DNA of 64,000 nucleotides, taken from assembly GCA_002269645.1 (NCBI GenBank), contig NIVC01000269.1, positions 124,001 to 188,000 of the forward strand, given 5' to 3'. This document shows, piece after piece, positions 1-17,354 of this stretch. Within the stretch, counting starts at the first letter, position 1; every line of letters starts with the position of its first letter. The position numbers were made by a program, and so were the translations under genes. Source of the stretch: Macrostomum lignano. Its lineage: Eukaryota. Below the pieces are notes generated by a model, which saw only the letters and a program-made list of their open reading frames with translations, was not told where the DNA came from and made no database searches.

Positions 1-720
1 TGCTCACCTGCGTGCTCACCTGCGTGCTCACCTGTGTGCTCACCTGTGTGCTCACCTGTGTGCTCACCTGCGTGCTCACCTGCGTGCTCACCTGCGTGCT
101 CACCTGCGTGCTCACCTGCGTGCTCACCTGTGTGCTCACTGTGTGCTCACCTGTGTGCTCACTGTGTGCTCACCTGTGTGCTCACCTGTGTGCTCACCTG
201 TGTGCTCACCTGTGTGCTCACCTGCGTGCTCACCTGCGTGCTCACCTGTGTGCTCACCTGTGTGCTCGCCTGCGTGCTCACCTGTGTGCTCACTGTGTGC
301 TCACCTGTGTGCTCACTGTGTGCTCACCTGCGTGCTCACCTGTGTGCTCACCTGTGTGCTCACCTGTGTGCTCACCTGTGTGCTCACCTGCGTGCTCACT
401 GTGTGCTCACCTGTGTGCTCACCTGTGTGCTCACCTGCGTGCTCACCTGTGTGCTCACTGTGTGCTCACCTGTGTGCTCACCTGCGTGCTCACCTGTGTG
501 CTCACCTGCGTGCTCACCTGTGTGCTCACCTGCGTGCTCACCTGTGTGCTCACCTGTGTGCTCACCTGCGTGCTCACCTGCGTGCTCACCTGTGTGCTCA
601 CCTGCGTGCTCACCTGTGTGCTCACTGTGTGCTCACCTGTGTGCTCACCTGCGTGCTCACCTGTGTGCTCACCTGTGTGCTCACCTGTGTGCTCACCTGC
701 GTGCTCACTGTGTGCTCACT
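1..720. repeat. 12-bp minisatellite (TGCTCACCTGYG)n with 10-bp variants, probably intronic to the minus-strand PAN/GRD gene
   Basis: Direct reading. It explains ORFs 12..827, 34..1065 and 143..814. The minus strand reads GCAGGTGAGCAC. Confidence 0.97.
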
Positions 721-729
721 GTGTCTGTG

Positions 730-2980
<2,251 letters not shown>

Positions 2981-4847
2981 GCTTCACAGTCGCAATAGCT
3001 TCTGTCACAGGGCTTAGGAATAAGGTTATTCCGTCTGAAAGTTGCTGCTTCGGGGGGGGGAGCAAAAAATCTGTCAAATTTATGCTTTTCAGTTTTTTAC
3101 CAAAATTTCATAGATGCACATAGCAATTTCTCGATAATGCGCCTCTATCAGGTCCTTGTTAAATTATTTATGATCACTGCAGACCTGCAGCTCACTGCTT
3201 ATAACTGGATAAGGATTGCAATTTTTTGGCCTATTGTTGGGAGACTATAGGCAGCTGGATAACTTCATCCAACAGTTTTCGTCCATCTATTGTGGGTGTC
3301 TCCTTTTCCCTGTACTGTACGAGCGAATTAGTCCGCTTTCACGTTGCCATGACAACGCCAGCTTGAAGAATCAGAATATAATTCTTTATTCATATAAGGA
3401 AGAAAAGACGATCTAGTTAGCAAGTCTGTCAACTTTCAGACCCCGAAGTGAAGTCTGTTGGCTTTGAATTGTTTATTAAGTTTGCATAAATAATGAACTT
3501 TGCCATAAGTGTAAAGGAACCACCCTAATGACAAAGCCAAGTTCGACTTTGATCAGGGAACTAAATCGGTAATGGAGTGAGAATCAATGTCAAGTTCCTT
3601 TCTAGACAATTACATTAGAACGATATGAGTCCTTTAGATTTCGTCAAATATTAGCATCCTTCTATTGCATTTAGTTTGTCATCGACAAGTCAATTTTTTT
3701 TCAGTTTACGATCGTAATGATAAAAGTTTACAGTGAAAGCAAGATTTCAAATTTTCCTACTTAAAGTAGAATCATTCGAACATTTCGCCTAAAATAATTT
3801 TTTTGTTTCGCGGCACAAGTAGCAATAAAGTCACCGTTTTCTGGACTTTTGAATTGCAAAGAAGAGTGCAGAGTGCATTTTTCTAGACTAAAACTGTCTA
3901 TGGCCAAAACCCCCAGTTAGCGCCGGGCATGAAAGCAATTCTTCGCAAAATTCGCTCAGTAAATACAAACCTTAAGCTGTTATTCAAGGACTCCTCCAGT
4001 AGAAAGACGGAAAACTACATTTTTTGGAAAGCTTTTGATGGCAAATTTTACCTATCTATCAAATGTTAATTCTTTTATCCCAGGTACATTTACTGTGTCG
4101 TTGGTTTTATGAATCCATTTTATAATTCTGTTACACATTTCTCGTTCTACGAGTGTTCGAGTTTGGAAGTCGAGAAAGCGAGAATTTATAGCGCTTAAAA
4201 CATGGATTGTCACTTTGCTTCAACTATACCAGCGCACCAATCTTGTGTAGTAGGGCATTATTTTAGGAACGGGAACTAGTTGCGGGGAAATATGCTTTTT
4301 GCCTACTATCAGTAGTTTCAGTCCGGGAAAATAATTAGAGCAGGGGTAATTCGCTAGTTTTAGGGTTTATCTAGAAGTACAGAGCAGTTTGGCTCTCGGA
4401 AAAGCATCCTCGTTGAGCGATCCATTGCGATCTGACTTAGAAAAATTCACGAAGGAACTAAAGGAAAATATAAGGGTTAGGATTGCACCAGAGGAGTCTT
4501 GCCTCTAATATTGGGAGTCTTGCCCAACGCACATAAACGGGAATAAAAACTAATGTAAAATAACCTTTTGTACGCATTTCTTTTATTATTAAATATTTCC
4601 AAAACTGTTAACTATAATCTTTGGTGTCCTGACTCACTTGTTTAATCTAATTACTAGAATTAGGGAAATCAGGAGACCTGGTGGCAGCGATTCTACCAAA
4701 AACTCACATCAGTAACTCCACTAATAAAATCCTTGGCAATAGAAAACCAGTAGCCCTAACCGCGAGGTACCACGCGTGTCCACTTGTAACTTGTAAACCA
4801 ACGAAGCACCAATTAATGGATTGGTAAATTGATTTTTAATTCATGAC

Positions 4848-5573
4848 TCATGAGTTTCTGAGTAGAAAGCAGCGATGCACCCTAAACAGGAAGCCGCTGC
4901 CCGCGAACAGCAAACCCAGCAGCCATATCAGGATGCTGATCACCAGAATGGCTGGCATAACAAACTTGGTGGATCTGCACATCACCAGACTATAAGCGTG
5001 GCAGCTCACTGGTTTGTATCGCAGTCGATTTTGCTCAGTCCGCACAATTGTCAGACACAGCTCATCGTCTACCAACGCTTGGACCGGAGACGCACCATCC
5101 ACAAACATCGATGGGGTAAACCGAGCTTTCCTAGCCGTCAGACACCAGGGTCGCAATGAGTCGCTCAACAGCAGGCCGTCCCAATAGTAGGTCAGACCGC
5201 GCGTCGGCTCCAGCCGGGCACCCACCAGCACGCCGCTGCCGTTAATCTCGAGATGCTTCAACAGCAGCTGCTCCAACAGCAGGTGATGCCGATCGCACCT
5301 GCTGGCATTGAAGTCGCAGACCAGTGCGTCAGCCAGGGTGCCGGACATTATGTTGCAGACGGTGTCCCTGGCCAACGAATAGGTGGCTCGGAATGCGTCA
5401 GTCTCATTCCCGAGCGCCAACAGGTAGCACGAATTGGCTACCCGGTGCCAATTGCGCTTGCAGGTGTACTCTTCTTCATCTTCTGACACTGCATCCTCGA
5501 CTGAGTAGGCCCCGCTTAGCAACAAGTTAATGATGATCGCTAATGAACAGGTAATTGACCAAGGCATTAGCAT
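4848..5573 (-). CDS. Intronless type I membrane protein with a divergent C-type lectin-like domain
   Basis: 241-aa ORF from ATG: signal peptide, CKRNWHRVANSCY, YYWDG, CLTIV...VSCHAYSLVMC (CTLD cysteine spacing), C-terminal transmembrane helix and short tail. Confidence 0.8.
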   Translation of the reverse strand: MLMPWSITCSLAIIINLLLSGAYSVEDAVSEDEEEYTCKRNWHRVANSCYLLALGNETDAFRATYSLARDTVCNIMSGTLADALVCDFNASRCDRHHLLLEQLLLKHLEINGSGVLVGARLEPTRGLTYYWDGLLLSDSLRPWCLTARKARFTPSMFVDGASPVQALVDDELCLTIVRTEQNRLRYKPVSCHAYSLVMCRSTKFVMPAILVISILIWLLGLLFAGSGFLFRVHRCFLLRNS

Positions 5574-6145
5574 TTTTATTGATTGTTTAATTACTCAACT
5601 GACAATTGAGACTGCCCTACGTGTGTAAATGCCAATATTGAAAGTCAATTTCTCGCTTGACTAAGAAATATCTGTGGCATAACCAGCATAATAAGACAAC
5701 TCCAAGTGTATCTCTACTCAATGTTGGCAACACAAGAAAGCCAAGGAGAACTCAAGTATAAGGACGGGAACTACGTTTCTTGGAAAATTTTTGGAGGCAG
5801 ATTTTACCCAAAACATACATTACAGAGATAAAAGAGGTTTTCATTTTTCAGCACAAAAATTCTTATTGCTTTTCATAGAAGACAGACATAATGTTCATCT
5901 TTTGAAATATCTGCCTTTCCTATAGCTCTATTCATAAAGGTTTTCGTTTAAAAATTAATATAGCTTTTTGCAGCTCATTTGGGCTTACGCGCATCGAACT
6001 TAATCCAAGATATGTTTGTCAAAGTAATGGAGCTTTTGTCTATGGTAGCAAGGCTGGCACCGAATTTAATTTAGTCCAACAAGCATCAATTTGGTCCATT
6101 TAGTTCATTTGCAGCTCCCAGAATTGTGGACCAAATGCTAGGCTG

Positions 6146-6500
6146 TTGAACGAATGTCATTGGCTTGTGATCGAAGCACTCGACGGAGGTGAACACCCAA
6201 AGGACATTGCAAGGTTGCTGAATGTAAAAGAAAAGGTGGTTTACAGCATCCAGCAGCGCCTTGAAACTCTGCCGGCAGAGATTGCCTGCGAAAGGGTGGC
6301 AATCGCCAAGGAAAGTTGCTCGAGAGCCTCAGGTCCAACTGCTACTCGATGCAGTGGAGACGAACCCTTTGTTGACGTTTCAGAAAATGCAGCAGAAGTT
6401 GAGGGAACAGCTCCAGTTGGTTATCAGATTTCGACTATCAGCAGAGCTCTGGAAAAGCAACTGAAAATTGTTGGTAGAGACGCTGACATTCCAGCGGTGC
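6146..6500 (+). mobile_element. Tc1/mariner (IS630-like) transposase N-terminal HTH remnant, frameshifted
   Basis: Three frames stitch into a paired-type HTH: LVIEALDGGEHPKDIARLLNVKEKVVYSI / SPRKV..LLLDAVETNPLLT..MQQKL / ISTISRAL. No DDE domain and no TIRs recognised. Confidence 0.6.
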
Positions 6501-6769
6501 GCAACAACCTGCAGACGGTTGAGTTTGCTTTACTTTGCTTTGCTTTATTTGGCAACATTCGCCTCATAACTATTCGGAACGTACTACATCTCAAAAACTA
6601 AATATCTAGCTAACATGTTATGCTGAAATTGACAAAAATAGGTCAATCTCATGCGCTTGACTTTTTTATCAGTAAAAATGTAGTCTCTGTAAAAATTGCT
6701 ACCGCAATTAGTCAACTAAAAGTAATAATTTTCACGTACATATTTTTTTCAGAAAAAAGTGTCTATTAG

Positions 6770-7436
6770 CAGTCAGTCAGTCAGTCAGTCAGTCAGTCAG
6801 TCAGTCAGTCAGTCAGTCAGTCAGTCAGTCAGTCAGTCAGTCAGTCAGTCAGTCAGTCAGTCAGTCAGTCAGTCAGTCAGTCAGTCAGTCAGTCAGTCAG
6901 TCAGTCAGTCAGTCAGTCAGTCAGTCAGTCAGTCAGTCAGTCAGTCAGTCAGTCAGTCAGTCAGTCAGTCAGTCAGTCAGTCAGTCAGTCAGTCAGTCAG
7001 TCAGTCAGTCAGTCAGTCAGTCAGTCAGTCAGTCAGTCAGTCAGTCAGTCAGTCAGTCAGTCAGTCAGTCAGTCAGTCAGTCAGTCAGTCAGTCAGTCAG
7101 TCAGTCAGTCAGTCAGTCAGTCAGTCAGTCAGTCAGTCAGTCAGTCAGTCAGTCAGTCAGTCAGTCAGTCAGTCAGTCAGTCAGTCAGTCAGTCAGTCAG
7201 TCAGTCAGTCAGTCAGTCAGTCAGTCAGTCAGTCAGTCAGTCAGTCAGTCAGTCAGTCAGTCAGTCAGTCAGTCAGTCAGTCAGTCAGTCAGTCAGTCAG
7301 TCAGTCAGTCAGTCAGTCAGTCAGTCAGTCAGTCAGTCAGTCAGTCAGTCAGTCAGTCAGTCAGTCAGTCAGTCAGTCAGTCAGTCAGTCAGTCAGTCAG
7401 TCAGTCAGTCAGTCAGTCAGTCAGTCAGTCAGTCAG

Positions 7437-7449
<13 letters not shown>
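6770..7449. repeat. (AGTC)n microsatellite
   Basis: Direct reading; explains ORF 6759..7691. Confidence 0.98.
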
Positions 7450-9405
<1,956 letters not shown>

Positions 9406-9719
9406 AGCTTATTAGAGTCTTTAATCTCGTTGAAATCAACAGTTAGGGAATGGGATAAGTTCTGCGAAGGCAACTGCGCGATCAACTTTATAGAATTGTC
9501 TGTCGAGCAAGCCGCATACCAGTCTACTGGGTTTGAAATTTCCAATCAATAATTGATTTTATCAATACAGTGTGCATTCTAAAACTTTATAGTCTCACAC
9601 AATTAATCAATAGAGCTTTGCTAAAGTAGCTTAAGCCACAGCAGTGCGAGTTTATGCTGTCCTTGAGCATTTGTCCTGAGCTTTCCTGAGCCCTTGAGTC
9701 GAAAAGACGCTTTTTCCAT

Positions 9720-9971
<252 letters not shown>

Positions 9972-10609
9972 GATAGAACTGCGTTAAAACACACATAAAA
10001 TATAATTTGAATTTGACCAGTGGTACCCAGAAACTACTTTCAGTAGTTAAACACAACACTTGCAATAGACAAACAACTTGGCTTGGCAAAGAGCCAAAGC
10101 ATGCCCAGATGTCCGCCTCCCTTACTGATTAGCATAGTATTGATGAGTTTTATCGGATTCCTAATGACGAATTCGGCCTAATTAGGAAGGAGCTGCGTGT
10201 AAATAAATAATCCAAGCAAAGTACAGTCAGATGGACACATGTCTAAGGGCCGAATATTCATCAGTTCTGTTCTATTTATAGACTGCCTGAGCTTCCGCAA
10301 AGCATAGTAGATGATAAACTCACTATTTAACATATCCAATAGTGCCAATGAATATTATCTTAGAGAAACAGAATTCCCCAAGCCGATCCAAAATTTGGTA
10401 TCGTCAGAAAATATGAATTAAAAATTAACTCAAAATTACTTGAGCAAGAAGATCGATATTTTTAATGCCCATATTTGTAAGTGCGATCAGTACGAGAGCA
10501 GACAAGGTTATTTGTTGGATGGAGAAATTCCAATAAATAACACTGGGATCAAATGATTCTGACGCGCCCTTGCTGTTGAGCAATTGACACAACAGCTAAA
10601 TTGTAATCA

Positions 10610-11985
10610 TCAGACAGGTGGCCCAGCAGCCCTAATTAAATAATCAGCAGGTGGCACGGCAGCCCTAATTAAATAATTAGACAGGTGGCACGGCAGCCCT
10701 AATTAAATAATTAGACAGGTGGCCCAGCAGCCCTAATTAAATAATCAGCAGGTGGCACGGCAGCCCTAATTAAATAATTAGACAGGTGGCACGGCAGCCC
10801 TAATTAAATAATCAGCAGGTGGCACGGCAGCCCTAATTAAATATTCAGACAGGTGGCACAGCAGCCCTAATTAAATAATCAGCAGGTGGCACGGCAGCCC
10901 TAATTAAATAATCAGCAGGTGGCCCAACAGCCCTAATTAAATAATCAGCAGGTGGCCCAACAGCCCTAATTAAGTAATCAGCAGGTGGCCCAACAGCCCT
11001 AATTAAATAATCAGCAGGTGCACAGCAGCCCTAATTAAATAATCAGCAGGTGCACAGCAGCCCTAATTAAATAATCAGCAGGTGCACAGCAGCCCTAATT
11101 AAATAATCAGCAGGTGCACAGCAGCCCTAATTAAATAATCAGCAGGTGGCCCAACAGCCCTAATTAAATAATCAGCAGGTGCACAGCAGCCCTAATTAAA
11201 TAATCAGCAGGTGCACAGCAGCCCTAATTAAATAATTAGACAGGTGGCACGGCAGCCCTAATTAAATAATTAGACAGGTGGCCCAGCAGCCCTAATTAAA
11301 TAATCAGCAGGTGGCACGGCAGCCCTAATTAAATAATTAGACAGGTGGCACGGCAGCCCTAATTAAATAATCAGCAGGTGGCACAGCAGCCCTAATTAAA
11401 TAATCAGCAGGTGGCACGGCAGCCCTAATTAAATAATCAGCAGGTGGCCCAACAGCCCTAATTAAGTAATCAGCAGGTGGCCCAACAGCTCTAATTAAGT
11501 AATCAGCAGGTGGCCCAACAGCCCTAATTAAATAATCAGCAGGTGCACAGCAGCCCTAATTAAATAATCAGCAGGTGCACAGCAGCCCTAATTAAATAAT
11601 CAGCAGGTGCACAGCAGCCCTAATTAAATAATCAGCAGGTGGCCCAACAGCCCTAATTAAATAATCAGCAGGTGCACAGCAGCCCTAATTAAATAATCAG
11701 CAGGTGCACAGCAGCCCTAATTAAATAATCAGCAGGTGGCCCAACAGCCCTAATCAAGTAATCAGCAGGTGGCCCAACAGCCCTAATTAAATAATCAGCA
11801 GGTGCACAGCAGCCCTAATTAAATAATCAGCAGGTGCACAGCAGCCCTAATTAAGTAATCAGCAGGTGGTACGGCAGCCCTAATTAAATAATCAGACAGG
11901 TGCACGGCAGCCCTAATTAAATAATCAGACAGGTGCACGGCAGCCCTAATTAAATAATCAGACAGGTGGCACGGCAGCCCTAATT
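10610..11985. repeat. 32-33-bp minisatellite GCCCTAATTAAATAATCAGCAGGTG(G)CACRGCA, about 40 copies
   Basis: Direct reading; near-identical units with no unique spacers, so not CRISPR. Confidence 0.97.
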
Positions 11986-12944
11986 ATCAGATAAAATGGT
12001 CATAGGGTAAAGTACATGTATTCTTTAAAAGGACTTTTTCATGAGTGCACGGCACTAAATGAGATTTTAACATAGACGGAGAAAAAAAATCTGTTTGTGA
12101 AGAATACACGAAAGACATTATGTACAATTTATAGCAAATTGAGGCCATTAAATTTTGTCCATATAGTTCCAATGGTCCTTGTATGAATCAGATAGAATAA
12201 CTAATAATTGTGAGAATTTATGTAGCCAGTTAGTCACCGACGCCTTAACTATTAATATAGTTAATCGTTTTCGCAGCTTCTAGTAAGCTATAATATATTG
12301 CATATTAATTCCCACAATTCGCATTCCATCAACAATCGCAACAGTCACCCTTGTGCAATTCTTTACATGCACTAGTGAAGACTTCTGACAGAAAGAATGG
12401 CTTATAGGCGATGGGGGGATGGGAGGGGTTTCTGTGCCATGGAATATTCTGATAAATCACAGTCTGTGTGCGTCACAGAGGGGAGGAGAGGGAGAATCGC
12501 ACCCACCAGAAACAGCTCCATCCACCCCCGCATTCCGCAGCTCCACAGCGCATCCGATCTAGTTACATAAGACTTCAACTTGTATCGTTATGGTACTATA
12601 AACATCAGCTGCACTTAATATTTTGCCTATGTAGTAATAAACGCCAACTATCAACATAACTGAAACCTTTTTTGCCATCCAAGCTTTCTTGGAATTCAAA
12701 AAATGCGGTTAGCAAAGTATATGGGAATAAGAAAGTAAGAATTATGCATCATCAAGAACCTTATCCTGAGATAAACAATTTTATACGTTGTTTACTGTCT
12801 ATAAAGTCTAATTGCACTTCTATTCTAATTATTCTTTTCATCTGCTTGAAAATGAACTAATCTATTGATAATAGACAGAGTATTTATTTTGTTTACAATT
12901 TCAAATAATTCAGGCAGAAATAAGTAAGTTAAAAATGCTACCGA

Positions 12945-13395
12945 AGCTGGTAATTGCGTTAGTCAATGGTAAAAACACAATGCTGCTGGCAGCATGTGCT
13001 GATGTTCATATAGTCTAATTATCATGACCGACGCTGGTAAGTGTGTTAATAGTCTATGGTAAAAACTGAATGCTGCTGTGCAACCTTCTTTGTGCTGATG
13101 TCTATGGCCCAATTATCATGACCAAAGCTGGTAAGTGTGTTAATAGTCTATGGTAAAAATGGATGCTGCTGTGCAACCTTCTTTGTGCTGATGTCTATGG
13201 CCCAATTATCATGACCAAAGCTGGTAAGTGTGTTAATAGTCTATGGTAAAAATGGATGCTGCTGTGCAACCTTCTTTGTGCTGATGTCTATGGCCCAATT
13301 ATCATGACCAAAGCTGGTAAGTGTGTTAATAGTCTATGATAAAAATGGATGCTGCTGGCACCTTTCTTTGTGCTGATGTCTATGGCCCAATTATC
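12945..13395. repeat. ~93-bp tandem repeat, about 5 copies, each containing GCTG|GTAAGT
   Basis: GCTGG recurs at 13033, 13127, 13220 and 13313. Confidence 0.9.
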
Positions 13396-13868
13396 AACAA
13401 TTGATTGGCAGTGTTGTCTATGCCCAAGCGCAGTTCTGAGGCAGTGGCTACTGCTGCAGCCAATTGGGATTGTCCACCTCGATCGGCTTAATGACCAACT
13501 TGACTAACAAAATACGAGCGCTTTCTTGCTTTATTTGAAATTCGGCTAGCAGTAGAAAACTGAGAAAGTCTTATCTACCAATCAGTTTCTTCAGTGAACC
13601 CCCGCCCCCAGGCCTCCAGTGAAATTTGCACAATCTGCGAGTGCAGTGACCTTTTAGTTTAGTTGTCCATGATAACTGCTCTTGTCCAATCATCTCACCC
13701 CATACACCCCGATATCGGAGATTGTTCATTCCTCTAATCCAACAAAGTCCCAATACATTTAGCAATCCGTGACAGAAGATTCCCCAAGAAAATCCTTCCA
13801 TTTCAGATTCCGAGACCACGTGATGTATGGAATCTTTTGCTCGTCTAAAATTAGACTCCGATTGTGAC

Positions 13869-13876
13869 TATAAATA
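13869..13876 (+). promoter_or_regulatory. TATA box (TATAAATA) of the secreted peptide gene
   Basis: Consensus match about 120 bp upstream of the ATG at 13993. Confidence 0.6.
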
Positions 13877-13992
13877 CCGCCACGGTTGGAGGCCGTCAGC
13901 AGTCAGCTCGGAGAGAAACGCACGCAAAGATTAACAGGCCTACTACGAGTATACAACAGCTTTGGAAACCGATAAAAAATACAGCCATCATA

Positions 13993-15240
13993 ATGAGCAG
14001 ACACATCAAGTTATTTAGCCTGCCTCTGCTACTGCTTCTTCTACCGGCGCTTCTTAATGTTGGTAAGTTGCGCTAATTTTAGCTTTAACTTATATCAACG
14101 CTATAATAACCTTGAATTCCGTCCTCCATTGCAGGCGTCACATGTCTCTTAATCCGTCTAAGACGTTCATTCCAGACGTTACATATCTCTTAATCCGTCT
14201 AAGACATTCATTCCAGACGTCACATGTCTCTTAATCCGTCTAAGACGTTCATTCCAGACGTCACATGTCTCTTAATCCGTCTTTGACGTTCATTCCAGAC
14301 GTCACATGTCTCTTAATCCCTCTATGACGTTCATTCCAGACGTCACATGTCTTTTAATCCATCTAAGACGTTCATTCCAGACGTCACATGTCTCTTAATC
14401 CGTCTAAGACATTCATTCCAGACGTCACATGTCTCTTAATCCGTCTTTGACGTTCATTCCAGACGTCACATGTCTCTTAATCCGTCTTTGACGTTCATTC
14501 CAGACGTCACATGTCTCTTAATCCCTCTATGACGTTCATTCCAGACGTCACATGTCTTTTAACCCATCCGAGACGTTCATTCCAGACGTCACATGTCTTT
14601 TAACCCATCCGAGACGTTTATTCCAGACGTCACATGTCTCTTAATCCGTCTATGACGTTCATTCCAGACGTCACGTCTCTTAATCCCTCTATGACGTTCA
14701 TTCCAGACGTCACATGTCTTTTAATCCATCTAAGACGTTCATTCCAGACGTCACATGTCGCCAACCCACCAAAAACGTTCATTCCAGACGCTATGTCTCT
14801 AGCCCGTCTAAAACGTTCGAATAGCCGGACTTACGAGCCGCACGAAATTGATCCTAGCCTGACTAAGTTCAACGAGGACTGCCCGAACGGCTATATCGCC
14901 TACAAAAAGTTTAACACCAGTAAGGCTATAACCGCTTGGCATTTGCTTTTTCTACAAAAAATGGGACAATGAAATGCGACGCTTAGTTTTTTTTTCATTA
15001 TCCATTTCAGCCACTGGAGTTTTTGACTGCGCTATCAGGACAGCGGAGATCTGCCTGGTTCTGTGTCGGCTAGTCGAGAGCGGCAACTGGGACATGACTA
15101 ATCCCCTGTCCCCGCTTGACCCGCGAGAATTCGACGGCTGGTACTGCCGAGCGTTGCCCAGTTACCCAACTAGGCCTTGCTTCTATAAGTCCTACGACGA
15201 GACTAGACACGACGTTCTGGAGATGCTCGGCTATGAGTAA
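13993..15240 (+). CDS. 143-aa secreted six-cysteine prepropeptide of unknown family
   Basis: Exons 13993-14062 (GTAAGT), 14788-14919 (ttccag / GTAAGG) and 15011-15240 (tttcag), with phase 1/1 introns in frame. Product: MSRHIKLFSLPLLLLLLPALLNVDA-MSLARLKR-SNSRTYEPH..DCPNGY..FDCAIRTAEICLVLC..WYCRALPSYPTRPCF..GYE*. Confidence 0.78.
14135..14787. repeat. 41-bp minisatellite (~16 copies), each unit ending in the acceptor-like TTCATTCCAG
   Basis: The unit ACGTCACATGTCTCTTAATCCGTCTAAGACGTTCATTCCAG resembles the first ~38 nt of exon 2. Confidence 0.95.
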
Positions 15241-15814
15241 ATCTGATTTGCACTGAGAGCAGCACAACTCATATGCTAGCAATGCAGCAGTTTGATGAAC
15301 CAAATCTCAATACGAGTAATAAAATGCTAAACTTGCGACACAGCTCTTGTCCCAACCACCGAATTTTACAAAATTAACAACTATATATTCTGAGAAACGC
15401 GGCGACTAAATACAGTTACACAAGCATGAGCTCTTGATGAGATAGCTTTGAAGCAACAATTAATTGCGGCAGATTAACATTTATAAATCGATTTTTTGTT
15501 ATACTAAACTGTGACGATTTTTTCGCACTAAGACAAGGTTGCAAAAACGTCAGGTCGGTAAATATTCTTGCAATCATTTTAATTAATTTAAAGTATCAAT
15601 TGATTTTCGATTAAAAGATGAGTGGCAACAATTGAAATCAGCCTTCTGTGATAGCGTGAATACTAGCAAAATATTGCATAGCTAAAAGTCAAAATGCATA
15701 TAGCTGGAATTGACTGCCACACTGCCTCCTCAGTAGTTACTATGGCGACAGAATTATTTTCACCTATCCCTGATGGTTGCAGTGCGTGGGAAATGTAAAT
15801 TTACTCTCTCTAGT

Positions 15815-16830
15815 GTGTGTCTTGGGGGCGGAAAACTCTCTCTTGTGTGTGTTGTGGGGGCGGAAAACTCTCTCTTGTGTGTTTGGGGGCGGAAAACTCT
15901 CTCTTGTGCGTGTTGTGGGGGCGGAAAACTCTCTCCTGTGTGTTTTGGGGGCGGAAAACTCTCTCTTGAGTGTGTGTTGTGGGGGCGGAAAACTCTCTCT
16001 TGTGTGGGTGTTGTGGGGGCGGAAAACTCTCTCTTGTGCGTGTTGTTGGGGCGGAAAACTCTCTCTTGTGTGTGTGTTGTGGGGGCGGAAAACTCTATCT
16101 TGTGTGTTTTGGGGGCGGAAAACTCTATCTTGTGTGTTTTGGGGGCGGAAAACTCTCTCTTGTGTGTTTTGGGGGCGGAAAACTCTCTCTTGTGTGTTGT
16201 GGGGGCGGAAAACTCTCTTGTGTGTGTGTTGTGGGGGCGGAAAACTCTATCTTGTGTGTTTTGGGGGCGGAAAACTCTCTCTTGTGTGTGTGTTGTGGGG
16301 GCGGAAAACTCTCTCCTGTGTGTTTTGGGGGCGGAAAACTCTCTCTTGTGTGTGTGTTGTGGGGGCGGAAAACTCTATCTTGTGTGTTTTGGGGGCGGAA
16401 AACTCTCTCTTGTGTGTGTGTTGTGGGGGCGGAAAACTCTCTCTTGTGTGTGTGTTGTGGGGGCGGAAAACTCTCTCTTGTGTGTTGTGGGGGCGGAAAA
16501 CTCTCTCTTGTGTGTGTGTGTTGTGGGGGCGGAAAACTCTATCTTGTGTGTTTTGGGGGCGGAAAACTCTCTCTTGTGTGTGTGTTGTGGGGGCGGAAAA
16601 CTCTCTCTTGTGTGTTGTGGGGGCGGAAAACTCTCTTGTGTGTGTGTTGTGGGGGCGGAAAACTCTCTCTTGTGTGTTTTGGGGACGGAAAACTCTCTCG
16701 TGTGTGTGTTGTGGGGGCGAAAAACCTTCTCTTGTGCGTTTTAGGGGCGAAAAACCATCCCTTGTGGGTTTTTTGGGGGCGGAAAACCCCTCCCTTGTGG
16801 GTTTTTGGGGGGCGGAAAACTCTCTCTTTT
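15815..16830. repeat. ~30-36-bp minisatellite GGGGGCGGAAAACTCTCTCTTGTGTGT(G)TT
   Basis: Direct reading; explains ORFs 15773..16940. Confidence 0.96.
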
Positions 16831-17354
16831 GTGGTTTGGGGGCGAAAAATTTCGTATTGTGGGATTTTTTAGGCGGAACCTCGCGAAGAACGCACGCGAA
16901 GATTCAGGCGAGAAATCCACGCACGGTATTTTTATCATGAGTCATGTGAAGGCGCCCTCTCGCAATTAGATTAATTTATGAGGAACCGTATTCCAAGAAA
17001 CCTGACGCACTCTTCCACTTTTTTATTTTTACGTCGTACTTTACCGCTATAAATGTCGAATTATCGCATTCCTAAGCTGCGTGTTCAAGCGTAGTACTTT
17101 TTCAGCTAAAAGTTCAAATTGGAAGATTAACATTGAAACCAAGTTCTAGGTAATCTATTTCTGTCCCTGCTGAAAACTTTTCTAACCGAGCGATACCTGC
17201 ATAGATCGATACCCCCAGCAAAAAGTATTTGCGGATGTTACATAATTCAAGTCAGGTACTTAACACGCGCCTCAAACTTCATCCCGTTACTATGTGCAAC
17301 CTCTAAATGTTGTTAACTATCTAAGTCTAAAAGTTAAGCTAAGCGCAAGAGTTA

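Noticed and set aside
10610-11985. CRISPR-like array of ~33-bp repeats
   Set aside because: No unique spacers, no cas genes, and a eukaryotic context.
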